24,724 bases of DNA from a virus (Duplodnaviria > Caudoviricetes): the IMG/VR virus record IMGVR_UViG_3300044724_004958, positions 1 through 24,724 of that record. The stretch is one strand, 5' to 3'. This document shows positions 1 to 7,902 of the stretch, in pieces. Numbering within the stretch: position 1 is the stretch's first letter; each line of letters begins with the position of its first letter. A model generated the notes under the pieces. It saw only the letters and a list, made by a program, of their open reading frames with translations. It did not search any database and was not told the DNA's origin. The position numbers were made by a program, and so were the translations under genes.

Positions 1-580
1 CGATTGCTTCTTTATAATCGTTGATGGTCGCTTCTCTGATAACTCCGTTATCCCATACCCATTCTTTACCTTCCATGATACCTTCTACGAAAGCATCTGG
101 TGCAGATGGATCGGCAACAATGTCAGCTGCAGTTGCAAGATAGAAATCATTCTGTACTTCTGCTGCTCCATTCTTGTTTTTAAGCGATCCCATACCACGA
201 GACGAAACACCCAAGCTAGCTCCTTCATCCATCAAGTTTTTCACGATCTGACCCATAGGAGTCTCTGTCATGATCTTGGCCTTACCGATAAAGTTATCAC
301 CGTCTCTAGTAAGTTCTTTGATCATATGGCTGACACGATCAAGGTTGATCGTTGGACTAGTTGGATGTCCGAGCTCACCATATGCTCTGTTCTTTTGTAC
401 GTTCTCTGTAACGTACCTGTTTACTTCTTTATCAAGAACCTCTGCTGGATATACTCGTCCATTACGGTTCTTAATGTTTGCTTGCATAAAAGGACCACGG
501 ATAAAGTAATCTTTCTTTCCGTCCTCTCTTGCTTCTGCAATATATTCTACAGATTCGTTAATCTCTGTAATTAGCTTCAT
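1..580 (-). CDS. gp21: Prohead (capsid maturation) protease, T4 gp21 family; 3' end runs off the window
   Basis: Not in the ORF track; translated by hand from ATG at 580: MKLITEINESVEYIAEAREDGKKDYFIRGPFMQANIKNRNGRVYP...RAYGELGHPTSPTINLDRVSHMI...LGVSSRGMGSL...ADIVADPSAPDAFVEGIMEGKEWVWDNG. GELGHP, GVSSRG and DIVADPSAPDA are gp21 hallmarks. Confidence 0.96.
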   Translation of the reverse strand, partial: MKLITEINESVEYIAEAREDGKKDYFIRGPFMQANIKNRNGRVYPAEVLDKEVNRYVTENVQKNRAYGELGHPTSPTINLDRVSHMIKELTRDGDNFIGKAKIMTETPMGQIVKNLMDEGASLGVSSRGMGSLKNKNGAAEVQNDFYLATAADIVADPSAPDAFVEGIMEGKEWVWDNGVIREATINDYKEAI

Positions 581-582
581 GG

Positions 583-915
583 TCATTCTCCAGATACCTT
601 ATGCAGCTGAACAACGATATAACCATTTCCTCCACTAAGTGCTACATTACAGTTTGCTGTAAGCTGCGCGTCCGTTTCTAAGCGCAATCCTTGATAATCT
701 TGGCCGCCAGATCCAGTAAGGACAGCAACGGTGTCGCTACCACGTGTTACTGTCCAACGATTGGTACCATCTACTGCCCATACGATTTGTGAGATGGACA
801 TTGAGTTGATAGTTTCGCCAGCAGTCGCAGCAGTTACAAGGTTAAGCGTGTCAGCACCAGTAGCTCTAAGAACTACATAACCACCTGGCTTTTTTTGATT
901 TGTTGTTATTGGCAT
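583..915 (-). CDS. Hypothetical protein (110 aa, predicted beta-rich), possibly virion structural
   Basis: Tightly packed ORF between the core-like gene and gp21, with an AAGGA RBS upstream; no recognisable motif. Confidence 0.75.
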   Translation of the reverse strand: MPITTNQKKPGGYVVLRATGADTLNLVTAATAGETINSMSISQIVWAVDGTNRWTVTRGSDTVAVLTGSGGQDYQGLRLETDAQLTANCNVALSGGNGYIVVQLHKVSGE

Positions 916-924
916 TGTAAATCC

Positions 925-1548
925 TTATGCGTTCTGCATAGCGAAATCTACCATTGTCATAAATGACGATTCGCCTTTTTCTAAACTATCTCTGAACTTC
1001 TTAGCATTAGCTGGCTTCAGAGCATCATGTACGGAAAGCAGTTGACTAGCCGTAAACAAATCAACCTTCAAAGTCTTATTGTTCTTAAACTTTACAGGCA
1101 TTGCTTGCTTACGGCTTTTAATCTTTTTTAGAGTATCGACGACCCCTTCGTCAAGAGTTGTTCGAAAACTCTTAAAGTTAATACTCTCTTTAATCTTAGA
1201 AGAACCTTGCATTACTGGTGTCTTTTCTCCACCTCTGCTATACTGCTTAGGCTCTTTGTACTCAGAACCACCAGGTTGCGTCTCAGATGTGCCTTGCTTA
1301 ATAGGCTGACTCTCTCCACCAGCATGCTTCTTGCCACCTACATGCTCATCTGGGTTACCGGTAATGTCACCAGAGAACTGATGATCGAAGGCAACTGGAT
1401 GTTTCGTACTAGTGACATTGTGCATGTTGGCAAAGTCTTCTTCGCCTTTAGATCGAGGCTTGTACTTCTTTACCTCATCGTCTTCTTCCTTGTTTGGCTG
1501 ATAATCCTGAGCTGGACTATCCTCAAACAGGTCTTTAAACTTCTTCAT
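925..1548 (-). CDS. Putative prohead core / internal head protein (occupies the gp68 position)
   Basis: Lies between the gp67-like gene and gp21. N-terminus MKKFKDLFED resembles T4 capsid-targeting sequences; charged, low-complexity N-half; several L/I-x-E potential gp21 sites. Not clearly homologous to gp68 by eye. Confidence 0.6.
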   Translation of the reverse strand: MKKFKDLFEDSPAQDYQPNKEEDDEVKKYKPRSKGEEDFANMHNVTSTKHPVAFDHQFSGDITGNPDEHVGGKKHAGGESQPIKQGTSETQPGGSEYKEPKQYSRGGEKTPVMQGSSKIKESINFKSFRTTLDEGVVDTLKKIKSRKQAMPVKFKNNKTLKVDLFTASQLLSVHDALKPANAKKFRDSLEKGESSFMTMVDFAMQNA

Positions 1549-1747
1549 CAGAAGTCTCCTCTGGTTGTTCTAATTCGTCGTCGAGCTGGGCTTCAGGCTC
1601 GTCTGCAAAAATAGACTGCCCTACTGCATACTTCTCGTTATCGATTCTACCTTTAAGGCGATCCATTAAAAGATCACTCACTGTAGAACTAAATTGATCA
1701 TATTGTTTAGCCGCAAGCTGATCAATTGCGTCCTTTACTTCTGGCAT
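1535..1747 (-). CDS. gp67: Small acidic prohead core protein, T4 gp67-like
   Basis: 70 aa, helical N-half and very acidic tail (DEPEAQLDDELEQPEETSDEEV); has its own late promoter and AAGGAG RBS (1754-1759); position upstream of gp21. Confidence 0.75.
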   Translation of the reverse strand: MPEVKDAIDQLAAKQYDQFSSTVSDLLMDRLKGRIDNEKYAVGQSIFADEPEAQLDDELEQPEETSDEEV

Positions 1748-1768
1748 AATATACTCCTTAACTGTTAC

Positions 1769-1776
1769 TATTTATA
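1769..1776 (-). promoter_or_regulatory. T4-type late promoter TATAAATA (gp55 sigma) for gp67-core-gp21
   Basis: Perfect TATAAATA on the minus strand in the intergenic gap, about 22 nt upstream of the gp67 ATG. Confidence 0.85.
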
Positions 1777-1788
1777 ACTATTGAAGAT

Positions 1789-2841
1789 TTAATTATCTTC
1801 AAGCTGTTCTATACGAGATTTAAGATTTTGTATTTCTTTTACTAATAATGGAACGATTACATTGTAGTTTATACGCCAAATGTCTTCTGGATTAGAACCT
1901 TGAACTACAGCATCTGGGTAGACGTCTACAAGTTCCTGAGCTACAAAACCAAACTGTTGGTGTTTGTTAGATTCAATCCAGTCGAATTGCCTAACTACAA
2001 TTTGATCAACTATGCTACCGGAGTCCCTGGCATTCTCGATGTTCTTTTTTAATCTTTGATCAGAAGTAGAGTTAAAATCGGCAGCTGATATAGTACCAGT
2101 TGCTACGACGTTAGCTGAAACAGTAAGGTTATTACCTATAGTTACATTTACTGGTTGAGAGATATTAATTATGTTGTTGGAAACAGTTGTAACTATTTCA
2201 TTAGCCGTTCCTTGAAATGTTAATGTATCTGTTACTAAAGAAACTGAATCGTTTGTTCCAGAGTCAGCACCTATGGTAAGATTAGCGTTTGCTACTGCAA
2301 GTTTAGTTCCAATAAGGTTTGTAATTGTTGTACTAAAGTTTGCGTCATCTCCAAGAGCTGCGGCAAGCTCATTTAACGTGTCCAAAGCTGTAGGTGCAGA
2401 ATCAACTAATGAGGTAACTTCACCTCTAACATAAGCAGTTGTTGCTATTTGAGTGGTATTTGTACCTCCTGCTGCAGTAGGAGCCGTTGGAGTTCCAGTA
2501 AATGATGGTGAAGCAAGAGGAGCGTAAATGGATGCAGCATTGGCTACCTGTAGTCTATCGTTAATGCTATTCTGAAGAGTAGTCTGTATAGAAGTCACGT
2601 TTGCAACTTGCATTCGATCTTCAATTAAAACTTTAATTGAGTTATTAGAAGTCACTGCATCAGATTTGGTAACATAGGATGTTAAACTTGATTCTTTTGC
2701 TAGTGAAAAACCTCCAGAAGTTGATCCATCATGTACGACAACAGTATCCTTATCAGTATCTACAGTAATCTCACCAACCGCTCCAGTAAAGCTGCTGTGT
2801 TGAGCTGTAGTACCTCTTCTAACTTGAACCTGTGTTGCCAT
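1789..2841 (-). CDS. Fibre protein: Mtd-N-like N-terminus, tail-fibre repeats, C-terminal peptidase S74 intramolecular chaperone
   Basis: N-term QVRRGTTAQHSSFTGAVGEITVDTDKDTVVVHDG (major tropism determinant N-terminal-like); SPSFTGTPTAPT..NTTQIATTAYV and APTALDTLNELAAALGDDANF fibre motifs; C-term TSDQRLKKNI...GFVAQEL...INY..IVPLLVKEIQNL (S74). Confidence 0.85.
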   Translation of the reverse strand: MATQVQVRRGTTAQHSSFTGAVGEITVDTDKDTVVVHDGSTSGGFSLAKESSLTSYVTKSDAVTSNNSIKVLIEDRMQVANVTSIQTTLQNSINDRLQVANAASIYAPLASPSFTGTPTAPTAAGGTNTTQIATTAYVRGEVTSLVDSAPTALDTLNELAAALGDDANFSTTITNLIGTKLAVANANLTIGADSGTNDSVSLVTDTLTFQGTANEIVTTVSNNIINISQPVNVTIGNNLTVSANVVATGTISAADFNSTSDQRLKKNIENARDSGSIVDQIVVRQFDWIESNKHQQFGFVAQELVDVYPDAVVQGSNPEDIWRINYNVIVPLLVKEIQNLKSRIEQLEDN

Positions 2842-3746
2842 TATGCTATGCTCCCGTAATCAGTAGTATTTGCTCCTACTGCTCCAGTAATTAAACCGTA
2901 ATCGATAGTGGTAGATTGAGAGATTACTCCACTAGTAATGTCTATACCGTTACCTGCGCTAAACGAGGATCTAGCTCTAGCTGTGGTAAAGTATTGGTTA
3001 GTGGATCCTTCGCTTAAATTATCCGTATCAAACGGTTGAAGTGTTATATTAGTAGTTTGACTACCACCATCAGAGGTATTTATAGTAAGTAATGAGTTGG
3101 CGGTATTGTATGATACAGAATCTACACCAGCTACGGCCGTATTTGATATGCTCGTAATTCTTCCGTCAGCTGCGACTGTTACAACTGGTACTTGAGACGA
3201 AGAACCAAATGTGCCAGTTGCAGTACCAGTTGATGAAATATCTACAGAAAGACTTAAAGCGTTGGAACTAAAATTTGCGCTACCAGACACGTCACCAGAT
3301 AATGTAACATTAGCGTTAGCAGCAAGTCTATTGTTTACATTAGTTGTGATAGTAGAGATAAAGTTGGAATCATCACCAATAGCCGCTGCTAATTCATTTA
3401 GTGTATTAAGAGCATCTGGTGCTCCATCAAGGACATTGTTTATCTCAGATGTAATTAACGAGCTAACATTGGCTACCTGCATTCTGTCGTTAATTAAAGA
3501 AAGTAGGGTATTGTTAGATGCAACTGCGTCTAATTTACTTACAAATGTAGTGGTATCTGCTTTGTCTCCAAACTCTAAACCAGTACCGGTTGAATTCACT
3601 TGTAATACTTGGCCAGTAGAACCTAAAGTAGTTAGACCCGTTCCACCATATTGATAGTTTAAAAATTCACCGCTTTGAAACTCAGACAAACCAATAGCGT
3701 TATTAGAGTTATCATAAACTGTACGAATTGGTATTTTAGCAGCCAT
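2841..3746 (-). CDS. Fibre-like virion structural protein
   Basis: Ser/Thr/Gly-rich; GGTGLTTLGSTGQVLQVN, LDGAPDALNTLNELAAAIGDDSNF, VPVVTVAADGRIT and DTDNLSEGSTNQYFTTARAR motifs typical of phage fibres; stop overlaps the next start (TAATG). Confidence 0.8.
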   Translation of the reverse strand: MAAKIPIRTVYDNSNNAIGLSEFQSGEFLNYQYGGTGLTTLGSTGQVLQVNSTGTGLEFGDKADTTTFVSKLDAVASNNTLLSLINDRMQVANVSSLITSEINNVLDGAPDALNTLNELAAAIGDDSNFISTITTNVNNRLAANANVTLSGDVSGSANFSSNALSLSVDISSTGTATGTFGSSSQVPVVTVAADGRITSISNTAVAGVDSVSYNTANSLLTINTSDGGSQTTNITLQPFDTDNLSEGSTNQYFTTARARSSFSAGNGIDITSGVISQSTTIDYGLITGAVGANTTDYGSIA

Positions 3747-3754
3747 TTTAGTTC

Positions 3755-5191
3755 CTAAAATAAAAATTGAGCAGCTTTTGCTGTTCTTACTAGACTGGTC
3801 CCATTATTTAGCGTGAAACTGGTAAACACTCTTGCTGAAGTGTCTGCACGCATAATAAACGTATTGGCTGGAGTAGACAACCCTGATGTTTGAGTATATA
3901 ATGGCACGGCTTGTTCAACAACACCCTCCTCACTTACGGTTGCTAAAACTTTCTGGTTACCTGCTATGGCAACTTTAGAATTGGTGGGTAGAACAGCTCC
4001 TGCTGCAGATATTGAAATAGTTCCAGTACCATCAGAGGAAATTGTAGACCCACCTAGGTTAATTGTGTTCCCTGAAAGAAACAGTTCTCTCCATCTTTTT
4101 TCACTAGTACCCAAATCAAGATTGTTATTAGATGTAGGTACAATATTAGTAGTTACAGCCGTAAGATCAATTGAGCCTCCACCTGATTCTAATGATGTAA
4201 GTCTTGTGTTTGTGTTTGAAACATAGGACTGAAATGCTGTGTTAGTAACAAAGTTTGATTGTAGGTAGGTGTTTGCAACATCCCCAGAACCACCGCTTCC
4301 ACCAGCTACAGTTGCGCCAACAAACTTTCCTGATGAAGAATCAAATTTAAGATATCTTCCATTTATTTTAGCAGTGTCCCTATCTACATCATCTAAAAAC
4401 TCTAACCTTACTTCACCACCTCCAGATGAACTTCCACCAAAAGAAGCTCTGGAAATAGTTTTTCTAATGCTGTCTTCGAATTTCTTTTGCTCGTCGGTTA
4501 CCTTTTTGAGATATGGCTCTATATCAGGAGTGTCGCCATCTTTTCCATCTTCTCCTTTAGGACCTCGTGGTCCCTCAGGGCCCACATCACCTTTTTCACC
4601 TTTATGCCCAGGTAGACCCTGAACTCCCGTTTCACCTCTAGGACCCACATCGCCTTTTTCACCCTTAGGTCCCTGTAAACCAATATCACCTTTTTCTCCA
4701 TTCTCTCCTTTAGGACCTACTGGACCCATCGGTCCAACTGGACCTGGTTCGCCTTGAGCTCCCTTTTCACCTTTAGGGCCCTGTGCTCCAGTTAGTCCTT
4801 GTTCGCCAGTTTCTCCTTTATCGCCTTTATCCCCCTTAACGCCTGCTACACCTTGCTCGCCTTGAGGACCTTGTTCGCCCCAAACACCTTGCTCGCCTTG
4901 AGGACCTGTTTCGCCTTGAGGACCTTGCTCACCAATTGGACCGCGCTCACCAATTGGACCGCGCTCGCCCGGTATACCTTGAATGCCTTGTATACCAGCA
5001 TCACCTTTTTCTCCACGTGGGCCTATCTCACCGGGTGCACCAGGTGGGCCCATAATTACAGTTTCTTCTATCTGGAAATGAAGTTCTTTTAAAAGTTCTT
5101 CTGTGAGATCTCTTTTGAGTTTGGTGTTTTGCTTTTGCAGTACACCCAGAAGAGCCGCTAGAAGTTTGGCCTGTTCAACATCATTCATCAT
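3755..5191 (-). CDS. Collagen-like fibre protein (coiled-coil N-term, 58 Gly-X-Y triplets, fibre-like C-term)
   Basis: Uninterrupted Gly-X-Y run from G48; [14 protein letters not shown] linker; [31 protein letters not shown] fibre motif. Start overlaps the portal stop. Confidence 0.9.
   Translation of the reverse strand: MMNDVEQAKLLAALLGVLQKQNTKLKRDLTEELLKELHFQIEETVIMGPPGAPGEIGPRGEKGDAGIQGIQGIPGERGPIGERGPIGEQGPQGETGPQGEQGVWGEQGPQGEQGVAGVKGDKGDKGETGEQGLTGAQGPKGEKGAQGEPGPVGPMGPVGPKGENGEKGDIGLQGPKGEKGDVGPRGETGVQGLPGHKGEKGDVGPEGPRGPKGEDGKDGDTPDIEPYLKKVTDEQKKFEDSIRKTISRASFGGSSSGGGEVRLEFLDDVDRDTAKINGRYLKFDSSSGKFVGATVAGGSGGSGDVANTYLQSNFVTNTAFQSYVSNTNTRLTSLESGGGSIDLTAVTTNIVPTSNNNLDLGTSEKRWRELFLSGNTINLGGSTISSDGTGTISISAAGAVLPTNSKVAIAGNQKVLATVSEEGVVEQAVPLYTQTSGLSTPANTFIMRADTSARVFTSFTLNNGTSLVRTAKAAQFLF
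4529..5050 (-). repeat. Collagen Gly-X-Y coding repeat, including an exact 18-bp tandem duplication (GERGPI x2)
   Basis: 58 triplets counted by hand; ctcaccaattggaccgcg repeated tandemly near 4929-4964. Confidence 0.9.
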
Positions 5192-6830
5192 CTTCCTCGA
5201 TGTTTTCTGCAGCCATTGAATCCATAAATCTTGTCATGCTTTCAACAAGTTTCTTTTCCTCATCGCTCATTTTAGCTTCCGGAACAAACTCTTCTTGCCG
5301 ATCTTGCTGAGGAGGCTGATCTGGTTGTCCTGCTTTGTAATCTACTGGACCACCTAGTCCACCTTCATCATCCATTTCTTGACGTTCAGCATCAATCTCT
5401 TGATCGACTTGCCTAATGTCATCTTCACTCATTCTAAGAATGTTTTCACGGACCCACTTCATAGAGTAGTATTTGCCTACTAATGGATCAATCTCACCAG
5501 CAAGTCTAAGACGCTCAGTCATAATCTCCGTATTTTTAAGTTCAGAGAAGTAGTTGTCTTCTTTAAAGTTATAGTGGATTGTGTTTCTCATTTGTTCCCA
5601 ATCTGCTCGGGAAAGCACACCTTTCAACACTAGTTGTATCTCTAAGAGACCATCAAACAAATGAGTAAATCTGTTTCTAAGACGCTGTACAAACTTATTA
5701 AACTTAATTTCGTCTCTTGTAATCTCAGAAGCTCGACCAAGGTTGAACTGATTATCAGCTTCCATTCGAGTGACTGGTACATTAAGAGACTTATACAGTT
5801 TTCGACGGAAATAATCAACGTCTTCCATTTCACCAAGGTTTTGTCCACCTGGCAAAGTCGTTATCTCAGTGCCTCTACCGCCCTCTCTGCGCGGTAACCA
5901 GAAGTCCTCTAACATAGTCATAAACTTACGATCGTCGCGTACTTCGCCTGTAGCAGCGTCATACACCAGCTTATTCTTATGTTTGACCATCATGTCTCGA
6001 AGATACTGTTCTGCCTTCATCTTTGGCAGGTTGCCAACGTCAATATAGAAGATTCGACGCTCTGGTGCTCTTGCAAGTCTGTAGATTACAGTTGCATCTT
6101 CGAGCATTCTTAACTGGTTGAGAGGCTTAACTGCCTTGTGTAAATGACCAAGGATCATGTTATTGCGAGAGTCCATTAAGCCACTGTGAATATGGCTAAT
6201 ACTGTCTACTGCGATTTTGATACCTTGAGTAGCTGAAGAAGTAATACCTTTTGGATTATACAAGTAGTATTCTTTCTGCTCTTTGTTGTAAATGGTAGCG
6301 CCAGTGCGTGGATCCTTGGACTTTACCTTTTCTCGTACTTTACGAATTTTACGTGGGTCTATGTACCTGAGTTCTCGGATACCTTCTCGTGGATCCTTGT
6401 CGTTAATAATGATGTGATGGTAAATTCGACCATCAACATACCAACGTCTAAAGATATCGTATCCTTTGTTGCTAAAGTCTAGCATCTCAAGAATAGTTTC
6501 AAACTCTTCACGAATCTTGTTCTTGATAGAGTTAGGCTGCTTTAGATGATCCAATACTATTTCAATTGGATTTTGATCATCCATTACAATTGCTTCGTTC
6601 ACAACGTCTTCTACAGCTGAATCACACTCTGGCTGCATTGACATTTCACGATAGCGAGTAACTAGTTCCGCTTCTGACTTGGCAGTTCCATCTAGGTCTA
6701 CAAAAGTACCATAGGAACCACCAGGAGCTATCTCAATAGCACCATCGTCTTGCTGGGGAGGTACAAAGGTTTTCAGATCTTCTTTTTCTTCTTGATCTGC
6801 CCTTGTTATATTGAATCCGAAAAGTTGCAC
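5181..6830 (-). CDS. gp20: Portal vertex protein, T4 gp20 family
   Basis: [77 protein letters not shown] motifs; GTG start with GAGG RBS. Confidence 0.98.
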   Translation of the reverse strand: MQLFGFNITRADQEEKEDLKTFVPPQQDDGAIEIAPGGSYGTFVDLDGTAKSEAELVTRYREMSMQPECDSAVEDVVNEAIVMDDQNPIEIVLDHLKQPNSIKNKIREEFETILEMLDFSNKGYDIFRRWYVDGRIYHHIIINDKDPREGIRELRYIDPRKIRKVREKVKSKDPRTGATIYNKEQKEYYLYNPKGITSSATQGIKIAVDSISHIHSGLMDSRNNMILGHLHKAVKPLNQLRMLEDATVIYRLARAPERRIFYIDVGNLPKMKAEQYLRDMMVKHKNKLVYDAATGEVRDDRKFMTMLEDFWLPRREGGRGTEITTLPGGQNLGEMEDVDYFRRKLYKSLNVPVTRMEADNQFNLGRASEITRDEIKFNKFVQRLRNRFTHLFDGLLEIQLVLKGVLSRADWEQMRNTIHYNFKEDNYFSELKNTEIMTERLRLAGEIDPLVGKYYSMKWVRENILRMSEDDIRQVDQEIDAERQEMDDEGGLGGPVDYKAGQPDQPPQQDRQEEFVPEAKMSDEEKKLVESMTRFMDSMAAENIEEDDE

Positions 6831-6847
6831 TATGTTGTCCTCAGAGA

Positions 6848-6880
6848 ATAAAAAAGGAGGTCGAAATATTTATCGACCTC
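6848..6880 (-). terminator. Rho-independent terminator with a late-promoter-like motif (GATAAATA) in its loop
   Basis: Minus strand GAGGTCGA-TAAATATT-TCGACCTC-CTTTTTTATT: perfect 8-bp stem (6857-6864/6873-6880) followed by a U-tract. Confidence 0.8.
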
Positions 6881-6898
6881 GTCAAAAACAGTGTCGAG

Positions 6899-7321
6899 TC
6901 AAATCGCAAAGATTTTAGAAGCACCGTCAGAGAATTTCACAGTAATGTTGCCACCGTTAGGAAGGATAGGAAGTCCGGTGGCTGTATCAATGTAAACTAC
7001 TAATCTTGAATCTGCTTGTCGATTACCATCATTTTCAGCATCACCTGTGTTGTGATACAAAATTAATGCTTCACAGTTAGCTCCAGTTACAAAAGGAAAT
7101 TCTACATCTGCAGCATCAAAAACACCGTCAGTAATTGATTTGCTAGCTAGGTTAGCTGTAGCAACTACTGCGGTGTTTGGAACACTTGATCTAAACTCAT
7201 GTGAAGCACTAAAGGTGTAGACGTCCGTGTCTACTAATGCGATTGTGACTACATTAGATGACAGATTTAATTCACCGCCGAGCAAAGCCTGCTTGGCTTT
7301 TGTATAAAGCTGATTAGCCAT
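6899..7321 (-). CDS. Conserved phage virion protein resembling siphovirus/prophage minor tail proteins
   Basis: MANQLYTKAKQALL...GVFDAADVEF...EALILY..TG...LVVYIDTATGLPILPNGGNITVKF...KIF matches, from recall, a widespread ~130-140 aa phage tail-module family. Confidence 0.65.
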   Translation of the reverse strand: MANQLYTKAKQALLGGELNLSSNVVTIALVDTDVYTFSASHEFRSSVPNTAVVATANLASKSITDGVFDAADVEFPFVTGANCEALILYHNTGDAENDGNRQADSRLVVYIDTATGLPILPNGGNITVKFSDGASKIFAI

Positions 7322-7334
7322 CTAACTAATCCTT

Positions 7335-7880
7335 TTAGTTTACAGCAGCTTCCTGGTGCTCCCACCAGTCGTATGCAAATGTAATTGTAAATTCCTCAAT
7401 CGCTTCAGCTTCCCAAGCAAGATCAATTGGTGATACTGAAACTGGATACAAGCCATCAAACTTGTATGTTTGAATCACACCACCTTCTTTGCTGTATTGC
7501 TTAACTTGTGCTTGAGCCTTGTACTGTTGAGGATTAGTGCCATATTGATTAAGGTTCTCAGAATGGTTATTAATCCTGTGACTCCAGTTTTCCATTGCGT
7601 TGCGGATCTTAAAGTCTTCGTCGTTCATTACCGTTACAGTCCAATCATCAAACGTGCGGTTACCAGCAAGTTTGACCTGACGACCAAAGTAAGGAACAAT
7701 TACAGTACCCAGTGATGAAGCAGGCATTTGACCTGCACGTACCATGAAGGGAGACTTAGAGATCAAATCGCCACCATTAAGGACACCGCCCTGTGGTTGA
7801 AACAATTGGATCTCAAACAGAGAGGGACGTGCCCCTCCCTGTGCAAGCTCACCCCTAAAGGTGTTTACGTTAAAAGCCAT
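7335..7880 (-). CDS. gp19: Tail tube protein, T4 gp19 family
   Basis: GGARPSLFEI, VPYFGRQVKLAGNRTFDDWTVTVMNDEDFKIRNAMENW, IEEFTITFAYDWW; follows the sheath gene; GAGGAG RBS. Confidence 0.97.
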   Translation of the reverse strand: MAFNVNTFRGELAQGGARPSLFEIQLFQPQGGVLNGGDLISKSPFMVRAGQMPASSLGTVIVPYFGRQVKLAGNRTFDDWTVTVMNDEDFKIRNAMENWSHRINNHSENLNQYGTNPQQYKAQAQVKQYSKEGGVIQTYKFDGLYPVSVSPIDLAWEAEAIEEFTITFAYDWWEHQEAAVN

Positions 7881-7902
7881 TGTTATTCTCCTCTACCTTG
7901 TA

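Noticed and set aside
1789-2841. DGR target suggested by the Mtd-N-like domain
   Set aside because: Only the N-terminal anchoring domain is Mtd-like; the C-terminus is an S74 chaperone rather than a C-type lectin variable region, and no RT or template repeat is in the window.
3077-3084. Intragenic TATAAATA (also 14893-14900; CATAAATA at 18032-18039 and within gp17 near 10120)
   Set aside because: These lie in coding sequence as Ile-Asn codons, mostly far from a start codon; expected by chance in AT-rich DNA. The 18032 copy is near a start but is only a 7/8 match. Function is not excluded.
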